A DNA stretch of 64,000 bases from a virus. Lineage: Duplodnaviria; Caudoviricetes. Where the stretch lies: the IMG/VR virus record IMGVR_UViG_3300022752_000014. One strand, given 5' to 3'. Positions 1 through 9,716 of this stretch are shown piece by piece. A program made the position numbers and the translations under genes. The first letter of the stretch is position 1, and each line of letters opens with the position of its first letter. The notes beneath the pieces are model-generated. The model had not been told where the DNA came from. It searched no databases and saw only the letters and a list, made by a program, of their open reading frames with translations.

Positions 1-90
1 GTCCAAAAAAATTACTTCGATAGGAAAATGGGAATATCCCGATTGGTAGATATTCACGTCACATTTCCCCCGTGTAAAGTAAGTTTTTAA

Positions 91-96
91 TAAATA
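91..96 (+). promoter_or_regulatory. T4-type late promoter core (TAAATA) for gp18
   Basis: TAAATA about 35 nt upstream of the gp18 start. The same core recurs before most late genes (e.g. 2938, 4667, 7183, 8424, 11207, 12210). Confidence 0.7.
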
Positions 97-131
97 TTTT
101 TTAGATAAACTGAGAATTTACGGAGAAAAAA

Positions 132-2330
132 ATGGCGACTCCTCAATTATCTCCAGGCGTACTCGTCAGAGAGGTTGACTTAACTGTAGGAAGAGCTGAT
201 AATGTTTTAGATAATATTGGTGCGATTGCTGGACCTTTTCCAATCGGACCTGTTGATTATGCGATTGATATTACAACAGAACAAGATCTTATTAATGTAT
301 TTGGCAAGCCTCTTTCAACAGACGCTCAGTATGAATATTGGATGAGTGCTTCATCCTATCTTTCATATGGTGGAGTTTTAAAAGTTGTTAGAACTGATGG
401 TTCATCTTTAAATAACGCAAATGCGGGTGTTAGTATTGCATCCACATCTAGCTCAAAAATTAAAAACTATGATGATTATGTCGCCAATTATTCTGAGGCA
501 ACCAACTTTACATATGCAGCAAAGAATCCAGGCACCTGGGGCAATAATTTAAAAGTTTGTTTTATTGACGATTTTGCAGACCAAACAATCGGCATCAATA
601 CCACTAATCCTAGTGCATATGGTGCAACAATCGGATTTGGTGTAACAGCAGCACTCACAAATGCGGTTATTCCTGGAGCAGGATCAACTTCAACATTTAC
701 TGGATATTTAAAAGGTATTATTACTGGAGTTACAACAGACTCTACTAATGGCAACAGCACCATTGATGTTCATATTGTATCAAGAGTTTCCTCTGCTGGC
801 ACAGAAACAAATATCAATTATGCTCAGGGATATACCTCAGCATCATTTGCAACATCTCAAACTCTGCGTTTTATTAACAGCTCAGGTATTGCAACTGGAA
901 ATACATCCTCATCTGGATTCACTCCAGTTTCTGTTGTTGACTGGTACGACCAACAAACTCTAGGTCTTACAAACAGCACTATTTACTGGAAGTCAATCGC
1001 TCCAAAACCAACCACCAACCAGTATGTTGCAGACAGAAATGGTGAAGGTGATGGAATGCATATTGTGGTTGTTGATGACCTAGGAACTATCACTGGAAAT
1101 CAAGGAACACTTATTGAAAAACATTTAGGACTTTCAAAGGCACTTGATACTGTATCTGCAGTAAATTCCCCACAAAAAATTTGGTATAAAAATTATATTG
1201 CAGACTTCTCTGCTCAAATTTATGCTGGAAACAATCCATCGAGTGCAGCAGACTCTTACTGGGGAACCGCACCAAGAGCAGTTGGATTCTCAACTGGGTT
1301 TACCGCATATACAACTGGTCAGGGTCTCTGGGGTCAAAATGCCCAAGGCATAACCTTCAGTGCTATTGGTAATAAGACTTACACTCTTACTGGTGGTGTC
1401 AACTACTCTGCCGCTGGTGGAATGGCAGCAACTTTAGGTGATTTAACAACTTCATATGGACTTTTCTCCAATAAAGATCAAATCCAAGTTGACTATCTGA
1501 TTATGGGTCCTGGTTTAACTAGCAAGTCAGACTCTCAAGCAAAAGCAAATTATCTGATTTCTGTTGCACAACAGAGAGCAGATTGTATTGCTGCAATTGG
1601 ACCCCATAGAGCTGACCTCGTTAATGTCACAAATACTACAACACAAACAAATAATTTAATTAGTTACTTTACACCACTTTCTTCTTCATCTTATGCGGTG
1701 TTCGATAGTGGATATAAGTACACATATGATAGATTTAATAATCTATTCAGGTATGTTCCTTGCAACGCTGATGTTGCTGGTCTGATGTGCCGTACAAATA
1801 TTATTTCATATCCCTGGTTCTCTCCTGCAGGTCAGCAAAGAGGAATTCTTAATAATGCAATCAAACTTGCATATAATCCAAATAAGGCACAAAGAGATCA
1901 ACTCTATCCACTGAGAATCAACTCGATTGTCACTCAACCTGGAACAGGAACTCTTCTTTTTGGTGATAAGACCGCTCTTGCATATGCATCTGCATTTGAT
2001 AGAATCAACGTTCGTCGTTTGTTCCTTACAATTGAACAAGCACTTCAAAGAGCCGCTCAGGCACAACTCTTTGAACTTAACGATGAACTGACAAGAGCAA
2101 ACTTCAAGAATATTGTTGAACCATATCTCCGCGATGTTCAAGCGAAGAGAGGACTTTATGGATTCTTGGTCGTATGTGACACATCAAATAACACTCCTGA
2201 TGTGATCGACAACAATGAATTCAGAGCAGACATTTACCTGAAGCCTGCTAAGTCCATCAATTATGTAACTCTAACCTTTGTTGCCACACGCACTGGGGTA
2301 GCGTTTGAAGAAGTCGCTGGTACAGTTTGA
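132..2330 (+). CDS. gp18: Tail sheath protein
   Basis: N-terminal SPGVLVREVD; C-terminal PWFSPAG..RG, INVRRLF and PAKSINYVTLTFVATRTG sheath motifs; T4 gene order. Confidence 0.97.
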   Translation: MATPQLSPGVLVREVDLTVGRADNVLDNIGAIAGPFPIGPVDYAIDITTEQDLINVFGKPLSTDAQYEYWMSASSYLSYGGVLKVVRTDGSSLNNANAGVSIASTSSSKIKNYDDYVANYSEATNFTYAAKNPGTWGNNLKVCFIDDFADQTIGINTTNPSAYGATIGFGVTAALTNAVIPGAGSTSTFTGYLKGIITGVTTDSTNGNSTIDVHIVSRVSSAGTETNINYAQGYTSASFATSQTLRFINSSGIATGNTSSSGFTPVSVVDWYDQQTLGLTNSTIYWKSIAPKPTTNQYVADRNGEGDGMHIVVVDDLGTITGNQGTLIEKHLGLSKALDTVSAVNSPQKIWYKNYIADFSAQIYAGNNPSSAADSYWGTAPRAVGFSTGFTAYTTGQGLWGQNAQGITFSAIGNKTYTLTGGVNYSAAGGMAATLGDLTTSYGLFSNKDQIQVDYLIMGPGLTSKSDSQAKANYLISVAQQRADCIAAIGPHRADLVNVTNTTTQTNNLISYFTPLSSSSYAVFDSGYKYTYDRFNNLFRYVPCNADVAGLMCRTNIISYPWFSPAGQQRGILNNAIKLAYNPNKAQRDQLYPLRINSIVTQPGTGTLLFGDKTALAYASAFDRINVRRLFLTIEQALQRAAQAQLFELNDELTRANFKNIVEPYLRDVQAKRGLYGFLVVCDTSNNTPDVIDNNEFRADIYLKPAKSINYVTLTFVATRTGVAFEEVAGTV

Positions 2331-2362
2331 TTTAATTAAAAAACAACAAGGAGGACCTAAAA

Positions 2363-2932
2363 ATGGCACACAGTATTCAGGATTTTAAAACAGCACTCAA
2401 GGGCGGCGGCGCTCGCCCCAATTTATTTGAAGTTGTTTTGACCGACTTCCCAGGGGGAGCCGAATTTGATGCTAATGAATTCTCTGTATTATGCAAAGCA
2501 GCAAACTTACCAGCATCAAATATTGCATCTATTGATGTTCCTTTTAGAGGAAGAATCTTCAAAGTAGCTGGAGATAGAACATTTGATACTTGGTCTATCA
2601 CCGTTATCAACGATGAAGACTTCAAAATTAGAACCGCAATGGAAGCGTGGATGCAGTATGTTGGACAATATGCAGATGGTAGTGGTTCTACTGATCCAAA
2701 CGAATATATGAGAGATGTTCTGGTTAAGCAATTAAAGAGACTTCCAAGTAATGTTGGCGGAAACGCTGCAGTTGGTCAAGGACTTGAAGTTGCTAAACAG
2801 TATAAGTTCTATAGCATCTTCCCAACTAATATTTCTGCAATTGATCTTTCATACGATACCGCTGACACCATTGAAGAATTTACTGTAGAATTCCAAGTTC
2901 AGTACTGGACTCCATATACAGGCGAAAACTGA
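2363..2932 (+). CDS. gp19: Tail tube protein
   Basis: GGARPNLFEV, VPFRGR..KVAGDRTFDTW, IEEFTVEFQVQYW; follows gp18; GGAGG RBS. Confidence 0.96.
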   Translation: MAHSIQDFKTALKGGGARPNLFEVVLTDFPGGAEFDANEFSVLCKAANLPASNIASIDVPFRGRIFKVAGDRTFDTWSITVINDEDFKIRTAMEAWMQYVGQYADGSGSTDPNEYMRDVLVKQLKRLPSNVGGNAAVGQGLEVAKQYKFYSIFPTNISAIDLSYDTADTIEEFTVEFQVQYWTPYTGEN

Positions 2933-2973
2933 TCTAATAAATAGTCTCAAGACTAACAGTTAAAAAATAAATT

Positions 2974-4671
2974 ATGTCAAAATTGTTTGGATTCTCTATT
3001 GAGGATAACGAACCATCATCTCCCAGTGTTTTATCTCCCGTTGCTCCTAATAATGAGGACGGGAGTGATTTTTATCTAACTAGTGGATTTTTTGGTTCAT
3101 ATGTTGATATTGAAGGAGTATATAGAACAGAGTTTGATCTAATCAAAAGATATCGTGAAATGGCACTTCACCCAGAATGTGACAGTGCCATTGAGGATAT
3201 TGTAAACGAAGCAATTGTAAGCGATACAAATGATAGTCCAGTTTCAATTGAACTATCTAATCTCAATGCAAGTGATGGTATTAAGAAAAAAATTAGAGAA
3301 GAGTTTAAGTATATTTTAGAGTTATTGGATTTTGATAGAAAGTCACACGAAATTTATAGAAATTGGTATGTTGATGGAAGACTTTACTATCATAAAGTCA
3401 TTGATTTAAAAAATCCACACGAAGGAATTCAGGAACTGAGATATATTGACGCAATGAAAATGCGTTATGTTCGTCAACAGAAAAAAGCTGAAAGAGATAA
3501 GAAAATTTATAGACTAGCAAATATTAATGTTGATGATCCGATGGATTATGAATTCCCCGAAATCGAGGAATATTTCATCTATAATCCAAAAATGACTTAT
3601 CCAACCACCAATCCATCATCTCTTGGTGGTACGGGTGGAATCAAGTTTTCAAGAGATTCAATTACATATTGTACGTCTGGACTAGTTGATAGAAATAAAG
3701 GATCAACTCTTTCATATCTACATAAATCAATCAAATCACTCAATCAACTAAGGATGATTGAAGATAGTCTTGTCATTTATAGACTATCTCGTGCTCCAGA
3801 AAGAAGAATTTTCTACATTGATGTTGGTAATCTTCCTAAGGTAAAAGCAGAACAATATCTTCGTGATGTAATGATGCGTTATAGAAATAAAATGGTCTAT
3901 GATGCGAACACCGGAGAAATCCGCGACGATAAGAAGTTTATGGCAATGCTTGAGGATTTCTGGCTCCCTCGTCGTGAAGGTGGTAGGGGAACGGAAATCT
4001 CTACACTTCCCGGTGGTCAAAACCTTGGAGAAATCACTGATATTGAATACTTTAAGAAAAAACTGTATCGTTCATTGAATGTTCCTCCATCAAGAATGGA
4101 TGGAGAGGGTGGATTTAATCTTGGTCGTTCATCAGAAATTCTTCGTGATGAAGTTAAGTTCAGTAAGTTTGTCGCACGTTTAAGAAAGAGATTTTCTTAT
4201 ATGTTCAATGATATGTTGAAAACTCAACTTATTCTTAAAAATATCATTACCCCAGAAGATTGGGAGCAAATGGATGAACATATTCAATATGATTTCCTAT
4301 ATGACAATCACTTTGCAGAACTTAAAGATGCAGAACTTCTTAACGAAAGACTGAATATGGTTCAAGTTGCAGAACCTTATGTTGGCAAGTATTTCTCTCA
4401 AGATTATCTAAGAAGAAAGATTCTCCGTCAAACTGATGAAGAAATTTTAGAACAGGATAAACTAATTGAAAAAGAAATTAAAAACGGAGTTATTCCCGAT
4501 CCAAGTGCAATGGCAGTAGATCCAACAACTGGTATGCCAATGGAACCTGGACAACAACCAGGAGCAATGGATTTGGGACAACCAGTAATGGAACCAAATC
4601 TTGATGCTCAAGGCGCTGCCACTGAAGCTGACGGCAAAGCAGTAGAAATGCCCAAGGGTGGCGAGATATAA
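2974..4671 (+). CDS. gp20: Portal vertex protein
   Basis: YRLSRAPERRIFYIDVGNLPK, EDFWLPRREGGRGTEI motifs. Confidence 0.98.
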   Translation: MSKLFGFSIEDNEPSSPSVLSPVAPNNEDGSDFYLTSGFFGSYVDIEGVYRTEFDLIKRYREMALHPECDSAIEDIVNEAIVSDTNDSPVSIELSNLNASDGIKKKIREEFKYILELLDFDRKSHEIYRNWYVDGRLYYHKVIDLKNPHEGIQELRYIDAMKMRYVRQQKKAERDKKIYRLANINVDDPMDYEFPEIEEYFIYNPKMTYPTTNPSSLGGTGGIKFSRDSITYCTSGLVDRNKGSTLSYLHKSIKSLNQLRMIEDSLVIYRLSRAPERRIFYIDVGNLPKVKAEQYLRDVMMRYRNKMVYDANTGEIRDDKKFMAMLEDFWLPRREGGRGTEISTLPGGQNLGEITDIEYFKKKLYRSLNVPPSRMDGEGGFNLGRSSEILRDEVKFSKFVARLRKRFSYMFNDMLKTQLILKNIITPEDWEQMDEHIQYDFLYDNHFAELKDAELLNERLNMVQVAEPYVGKYFSQDYLRRKILRQTDEEILEQDKLIEKEIKNGVIPDPSAMAVDPTTGMPMEPGQQPGAMDLGQPVMEPNLDAQGAATEADGKAVEMPKGGEI

Positions 4672-4699
4672 ATAAAGGAAAATTGCTTAGGTATTAAAA

Positions 4700-4855
4700 A
4701 TGGATGATCTTTTAGATATGATTGCATCTGACGAATCCCCTTCTCAGATCAGCGATAAAATTAAGGAACTTCTTTTTGCAAAATCTGCAGAAAAAATTGA
4801 CACTGTTCGCCCAGAAGTAGCAGCTACAATTTTTGCAGATGCTGAAGAAGAGTGA
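4700..4855 (+). CDS. Small acidic protein (51 aa, MDDLLDMIASDESPSQISDKIKELL...), in the gp67/gp68 prohead-core position
   Basis: ORF read by hand (below the track cutoff), after late promoter 4667-4674 and directly downstream of the portal gene. Confidence 0.75.
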   Translation: MDDLLDMIASDESPSQISDKIKELLFAKSAEKIDTVRPEVAATIFADAEEE

Positions 4856-4861
4856 TGACTG

Positions 4862-5752
4862 ATGGCAGATTTATCGGACTTTTTCAAACTTGTAGCAGAG
4901 GATAAAAAGAAAAAGAAAGAAGAGTTTGATGCCATTGTTGGAGATTTAAATTTAAATTCTATCTTTGAAGAAGTAACTACTTTAAAGAAAAAGAATAAGG
5001 TTAAAAAAAAGAAAGAAGAAAAAACTTTAGAAGCATTCGAAAATTGGTTATATTCTGATAATATAAAGAAAAAACCAATTGAAGAAGTTCAAGAAGTTGT
5101 AGAAGATGTTATCGAAGAAGTTCAAGAAATCGTAGATAATATTTTAGAAGAGACTAAAGAAGAACCAACATTAATAGAAAAGTCTTTAGGTCTTCTTGCA
5201 GAGCCATCAAATGTTAAAGTTCAAAAAGATCCTTTAACACCATTGGATCAAAACTTTGCAACACTTGAAGATCTTCAAAATCATTACAAACTTTTTATTA
5301 GTCGCATACAACAACAACTTTCTACATTAGGTGGAAGTGGTGAAACTCGTCTTGAATTTTTAGATGATGTTGATAGAAACTCAGCAAAGAGAGATAATTA
5401 TTTTCTCAAGTATGATGCAACTATCAATAAATGGGTAGGTGATGATGGCGGTGGAGTTGGCATTACCAGTATTGTATTCATCACTGGAGTAACAACGTAT
5501 TATTCTGCAACAAGAGATGTTGATTATATTGGAGTCAGTGCTGATGTTCCGGTAACCATTGATTTACCTATAAATCCAGCAGCAGGAAAACAAATTATCA
5601 TAAAAGACGAGGGAAATAAAATATCTACATATAATATCACAGTTCGTGCCGGAATAGGTGCGAGTGTTGAAAACGATAGTTCTGTGATTATGAAAATCAA
5701 TCACGAAAGTTTTACTTATTTTTACAACGGTTATAACTGGTACATAGTATAA
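4862..5752 (+). CDS. Hypothetical virion protein: K/E-rich N-terminus and a C-terminal fibre/decoration-like beta domain
   Basis: 296 aa ORF in the head module; C-terminal VTIDLPINPAAGKQIIIKDE..YNGYNWY recalls T4-like fibre-associated domains. Confidence 0.6.
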   Translation: MADLSDFFKLVAEDKKKKKEEFDAIVGDLNLNSIFEEVTTLKKKNKVKKKKEEKTLEAFENWLYSDNIKKKPIEEVQEVVEDVIEEVQEIVDNILEETKEEPTLIEKSLGLLAEPSNVKVQKDPLTPLDQNFATLEDLQNHYKLFISRIQQQLSTLGGSGETRLEFLDDVDRNSAKRDNYFLKYDATINKWVGDDGGGVGITSIVFITGVTTYYSATRDVDYIGVSADVPVTIDLPINPAAGKQIIIKDEGNKISTYNITVRAGIGASVENDSSVIMKINHESFTYFYNGYNWYIV

Positions 5753-7173
5753 TGTCTTACAATCCTTTTCCACAACCAGCAGATGTAATTGTAGTTAGTG
5801 CTGGTTCAACAGTCACTGAAGTTAATCGTTTTCCAGTAGGTATCGGGACGACTGGACAAGTAAGTATTAACGTTGGTGGAGTTGGTGTAAGCACAACGAA
5901 TCCTTTTCCAGTTACAGGAACACTGGGCATTTCATCAACATCAGTAGTATCAGTAACTTTGCCGGCAACAGGAACTGATGCTTTTGGAAGACAAAGAATA
6001 TCAGCACCACTTACACTTTTTGATAGTTCTCACAGATATAGAGACAATAATCTTTTTACAAGTTTGATTGTAGGAACAGGTTCTACTGTTGGATTTGTGA
6101 CAACACAAGGATTAGTGCAGATTGGTATTGGAACCACTGCAGGGTGTTCTATTATCAGAGAAACCACAAAGGTATTTGCATATCAACCAGGAAAATCACT
6201 GGAAGTAATGAATACCTTTGTAATGGAACCGAAAAAAACAAATCTGCGTCAAAGAGTAGGATATTTTGGTGCAGATAATGGAATTTACTTTGAGGTTGAT
6301 GGAAATACTGCTTATTTTGTAGAAAGGAGCATTGTATCTGGAATGATATCCGAAAGCAGAGTTCCACAATCACAATGGTTATATGATACTTTACTTGGAG
6401 TTGGAAATACCAATCCATCAGGTATTACATTAGATACAACTCAAGCACAAATCTTCTGGATGGATATTGAGTGGTTAGGAGTTGGAACAGTAAGAGTTGG
6501 TTTTGTAATTGATGGTAAGTTCATTCATTGTCATTCATTCCATCACGCAAATAAAATTCAATCAACATATATCACAACAGGTTCATTGCCAATAAGATAT
6601 GAGATTGCAAATACTGGAATTACAACAAGTTCAAGCACACTCAAACAAATTTGTTCCACAGTTATTTCAGAAGGTGGTTATGAACTTCGTGGATTACAAC
6701 AAGGTGTAGGAACTCCCATTACATCTCCAGTAACTCTCACAACCGCTGGAACTTATTATCCTGTTATTTCATTAAGACTAAAAACATCCCCAAATAGATT
6801 AGATGCTATTGTAATTTTGACTGCTCTTTCCATTATGGGTATTACGAATAATGCTCATTATAACTGGAGAGTGCTTGCAAGTGCAGATACTAGTGGTGGA
6901 GGAACTTGGGTCAGTGCTGGACCTGATAGTGCTGTTGAATATAAGATTGATGGTGGAAGTGTGACTGGAGGTAGAATATTAGCAGAGGGATACAGTAGTG
7001 CATCTAATCAGGCAGTAACCGCAGTTGATATTCTCAAAGAAGCATTATTCAAATTCCAGTTAGAAAGAGATGGATTAACTGGAACTCCTTATGAATTAAC
7101 TGTCGTTGCTTCTGCTAGTTTAGCAAATGCCAGCATTCACACTTCAATGGATTGGGAAGAGATTAGTAGGTAA
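5752..7173 (+). CDS. Hypothetical virion structural protein (T/G/S-rich beta protein)
   Basis: 473 aa ORF coupled to the upstream stop (TAATG); DAFGRQRISAPLTLFDS start of domain. Confidence 0.65.
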   Translation: MSYNPFPQPADVIVVSAGSTVTEVNRFPVGIGTTGQVSINVGGVGVSTTNPFPVTGTLGISSTSVVSVTLPATGTDAFGRQRISAPLTLFDSSHRYRDNNLFTSLIVGTGSTVGFVTTQGLVQIGIGTTAGCSIIRETTKVFAYQPGKSLEVMNTFVMEPKKTNLRQRVGYFGADNGIYFEVDGNTAYFVERSIVSGMISESRVPQSQWLYDTLLGVGNTNPSGITLDTTQAQIFWMDIEWLGVGTVRVGFVIDGKFIHCHSFHHANKIQSTYITTGSLPIRYEIANTGITTSSSTLKQICSTVISEGGYELRGLQQGVGTPITSPVTLTTAGTYYPVISLRLKTSPNRLDAIVILTALSIMGITNNAHYNWRVLASADTSGGGTWVSAGPDSAVEYKIDGGSVTGGRILAEGYSSASNQAVTAVDILKEALFKFQLERDGLTGTPYELTVVASASLANASIHTSMDWEEISR

Positions 7174-7214
7174 TTTGGAATTTATAAATAACTAAAAGTG
7201 TATCTAATAAAATA

Positions 7215-7763
7215 ATGGCTCATAGACCAGTTGGGGCTGGATCCTCATTTACATTTACTGCAGGCACTGCAACAACTTCATCTACATTTACAGTTCAGTC
7301 AAATGTTTTAAGAGTTGTTGCAGTTGGTGGTGCTGCTTTTGTTGCAGTTGGAGCAACTCCTTCAGCAACAGCAGCAGACTATTATGTCCCTTCTGGGGAA
7401 ACTGCAACTCTTGCTTTAACAAAAGCATCAAATAGAGTTGTTGGCGTAACTACAGGAACGACAACCATTGTTACTGTACCAGAAGGAACTCAGGTTCCAT
7501 TTGGTGTGGGTGATTATGTAACCCTGTCAGTATCAGGACAGACTTATTACAACTTTACTCACCAGAGAGTCATTTCTGTTGATACCAGTTCAAATGTAGG
7601 TGGGTATTATCAAACAAGAATGACTGTTGATTATAACAGTGCTGGCATTGTAACAGCATTTGCATCAGAAGCATCTGTATCTGCATCAAACAAAGTATCA
7701 GTTTTTGGTGCTGGATCAGGAACCTTATATTATCAGCAAGTACAAGTCTCGGGGCAAGCATAA
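7215..7763 (+). CDS. Hypothetical virion structural protein (T/V/A/S-rich)
   Basis: 182 aa ORF after late promoter 7183-7190, coupled to gp21. Confidence 0.7.
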   Translation: MAHRPVGAGSSFTFTAGTATTSSTFTVQSNVLRVVAVGGAAFVAVGATPSATAADYYVPSGETATLALTKASNRVVGVTTGTTTIVTVPEGTQVPFGVGDYVTLSVSGQTYYNFTHQRVISVDTSSNVGGYYQTRMTVDYNSAGIVTAFASEASVSASNKVSVFGAGSGTLYYQQVQVSGQA

Positions 7764-8413
7764 TGAAACTTATTACCGAAGAAATCGAAGCAGTAGAAGT
7801 TATTACCGAAAGTGTAAACGGCAAAAAAACTCTCTATATTCAAGGACCTTTCCTTCAAACTGAAGTGGTGAATCGTAACGGCAGAATGTATCGTATGCCT
7901 GTTATGGAAAGAGAGGTAAGACGTTATACTGAACAGTATGTCAACAAAGGTCGTGCTCTTGGTGAACTCGGACACCCCGATGGACCAACCGTAAACCTAG
8001 ATCGTGTTTCTCATAAGATTGTTTCTCTTCAAAGAGAGGGTAACAACTTTATTGGTAAGGCACAAATTCTTTCTACCCCAATGGGTAAGATTGCAGAGTC
8101 ACTTCTTAAAGAAGGAGTTACTCTTGGCGTTTCTTCTCGTGGTATTGGTTCAGTAAAACAAAACAACGAAGGATATTCTGAAGTTGGTGAAGATTTTATG
8201 CTCGCCACTGCTGCTGATATCGTTGCTGATCCATCTGCCCCTGATGCTTTTGTTCAGGGAATTATGGAAGGAAAGGAATGGATCTGGGATGGTGGCATTT
8301 TAAAGGAAAAGGCAGCAGAGAACGCTAGACGTAGTATAAATACTCTAGTTGATCAAGGTATTCTTGAAGAATACAAGTTATCACTATTCAATGAGTTCTT
8401 AAATTCATTGTAA
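7763..8413 (+). CDS. gp21: Prohead protease
   Basis: NRNGRMY, ALGELGHPDGPTVNLDRVSH, GVSSRGIGS, DIVADPSAPDA. Confidence 0.97.
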   Translation: MKLITEEIEAVEVITESVNGKKTLYIQGPFLQTEVVNRNGRMYRMPVMEREVRRYTEQYVNKGRALGELGHPDGPTVNLDRVSHKIVSLQREGNNFIGKAQILSTPMGKIAESLLKEGVTLGVSSRGIGSVKQNNEGYSEVGEDFMLATAADIVADPSAPDAFVQGIMEGKEWIWDGGILKEKAAENARRSINTLVDQGILEEYKLSLFNEFLNSL

Positions 8414-8467
8414 TTTCTTAATTTATAAATAAATATAGATTTCATACAGGAAAATCGGAGAGTTCAA

Positions 8468-9667
8468 ATGTCTCGTGGCAAACAATTACAAGAAATGGAA
8501 GTAGGCACTAAACCATCCAAAACTGCTGTTAATGCAAATGCAAAAGCAGCAGATGCGATGCCAAGTCTTTCAGGTTCAACACCAGGTCAAACAGGTTCTT
8601 GGGAAGACCTAGGTGGTCCTGATCCTTCTAACTATCGTCCAGACGATGATTCTGCAAAGTTGAAGACCCCAGGTGCAACCCTAAAGCAGGTCAGAGATGT
8701 TGTAAACAAAGGTGCATCTGCTGCAGATCCAATGAAGGGTCTTAACAAAGAAGATGCAGATTATGATGAAGACGAAGAACTCTTAGAGGCAAAAGAAGAA
8801 GAGGAGGAAGAAGAAGAGGAAGAGGAAGAGGAAGAAGAAGAGGGCGGTAAGAAGAAAGCCAAGAAGATGGAAGAAGCTAAGAAGCATAAAGAAGAGGAAG
8901 AGGAAGAAGAAGAGGAAGAGGAAGAAGAGGAAATGGAAGAGTCTTTTGACATTGAAGAGGATGTAAATGCTCTTCTATCTGGCGAAGAACTCTCCGAAGA
9001 GTTCCAAGAAAAGGCACGTACCATCTTCGAAGCTGCTCTTCGTTCCAAGGTTTCTGAAATCAAAGAAACCATTGAAGAGCAGTATGCTGCTGCTCTTGCT
9101 GAGGAAGTTGAAGAAATTAAATCTCAACTTGCTGAGCGTGTAGATGCATATCTAGAGTATGTTGCTGACGAGTGGATGCAAGAAAATGCACTCGTCATTG
9201 AAAATGGTCTTAAGACCGAAATGACCGAATCATTCCTCTCAGGAATGAAGGAACTTTTTGAAGCACATTATGTATCAATCCCTGAAGATAAATATGATGT
9301 TCTTGAAAATATGGTAGAAAAACTTGATGATATGGAAACAAAACTCAACGAGCAAATTGAGAAGAACGTTTCCCTAAACAAGCGTCTCGCAGAGTCGGTT
9401 GCTGACGGAATCTTTGAAAAAGTCTCTGAGGGCCTTGCTGCTACTCAGAAAGACAAGCTCGCTTCACTTGCCGAAAGTGTTGAGTTTGAAAGTGAAGATC
9501 AATATCGTGAAAAACTGGAGATGCTGAAGGAGTCATACTTCTCAGCACAGAAAGCTCCAAAGGCAAAATCCGAAAGTCTGTCTGAACAGGTAGACAATGC
9601 ACCTGAGTCAATCTCAGGAACAATGGCTGCTTACCTTCAGACTCTGAAGGCAGTTGCTAAAAACTGA
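8468..9667 (+). CDS. gp22: Prohead core scaffold protein
   Basis: Acidic coiled coil with ELSEEFQEKARTIFEAAL; lies between gp21 and gp23. Confidence 0.93.
   Translation: MSRGKQLQEMEVGTKPSKTAVNANAKAADAMPSLSGSTPGQTGSWEDLGGPDPSNYRPDDDSAKLKTPGATLKQVRDVVNKGASAADPMKGLNKEDADYDEDEELLEAKEEEEEEEEEEEEEEEEGGKKKAKKMEEAKKHKEEEEEEEEEEEEEEMEESFDIEEDVNALLSGEELSEEFQEKARTIFEAALRSKVSEIKETIEEQYAAALAEEVEEIKSQLAERVDAYLEYVADEWMQENALVIENGLKTEMTESFLSGMKELFEAHYVSIPEDKYDVLENMVEKLDDMETKLNEQIEKNVSLNKRLAESVADGIFEKVSEGLAATQKDKLASLAESVEFESEDQYREKLEMLKESYFSAQKAPKAKSESLSEQVDNAPESISGTMAAYLQTLKAVAKN
8789..8940 (+). repeat. Two GAA/GAG poly-Glu tracts in gp22
   Basis: Two long E runs separated by GGKKKAKKMEEAKKHK. Confidence 0.9.
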
Positions 9668-9716
9668 ATTTAATATAATTCAAACGCAAACATTCACTTA
9701 CAAAAGGTAAACGCAA

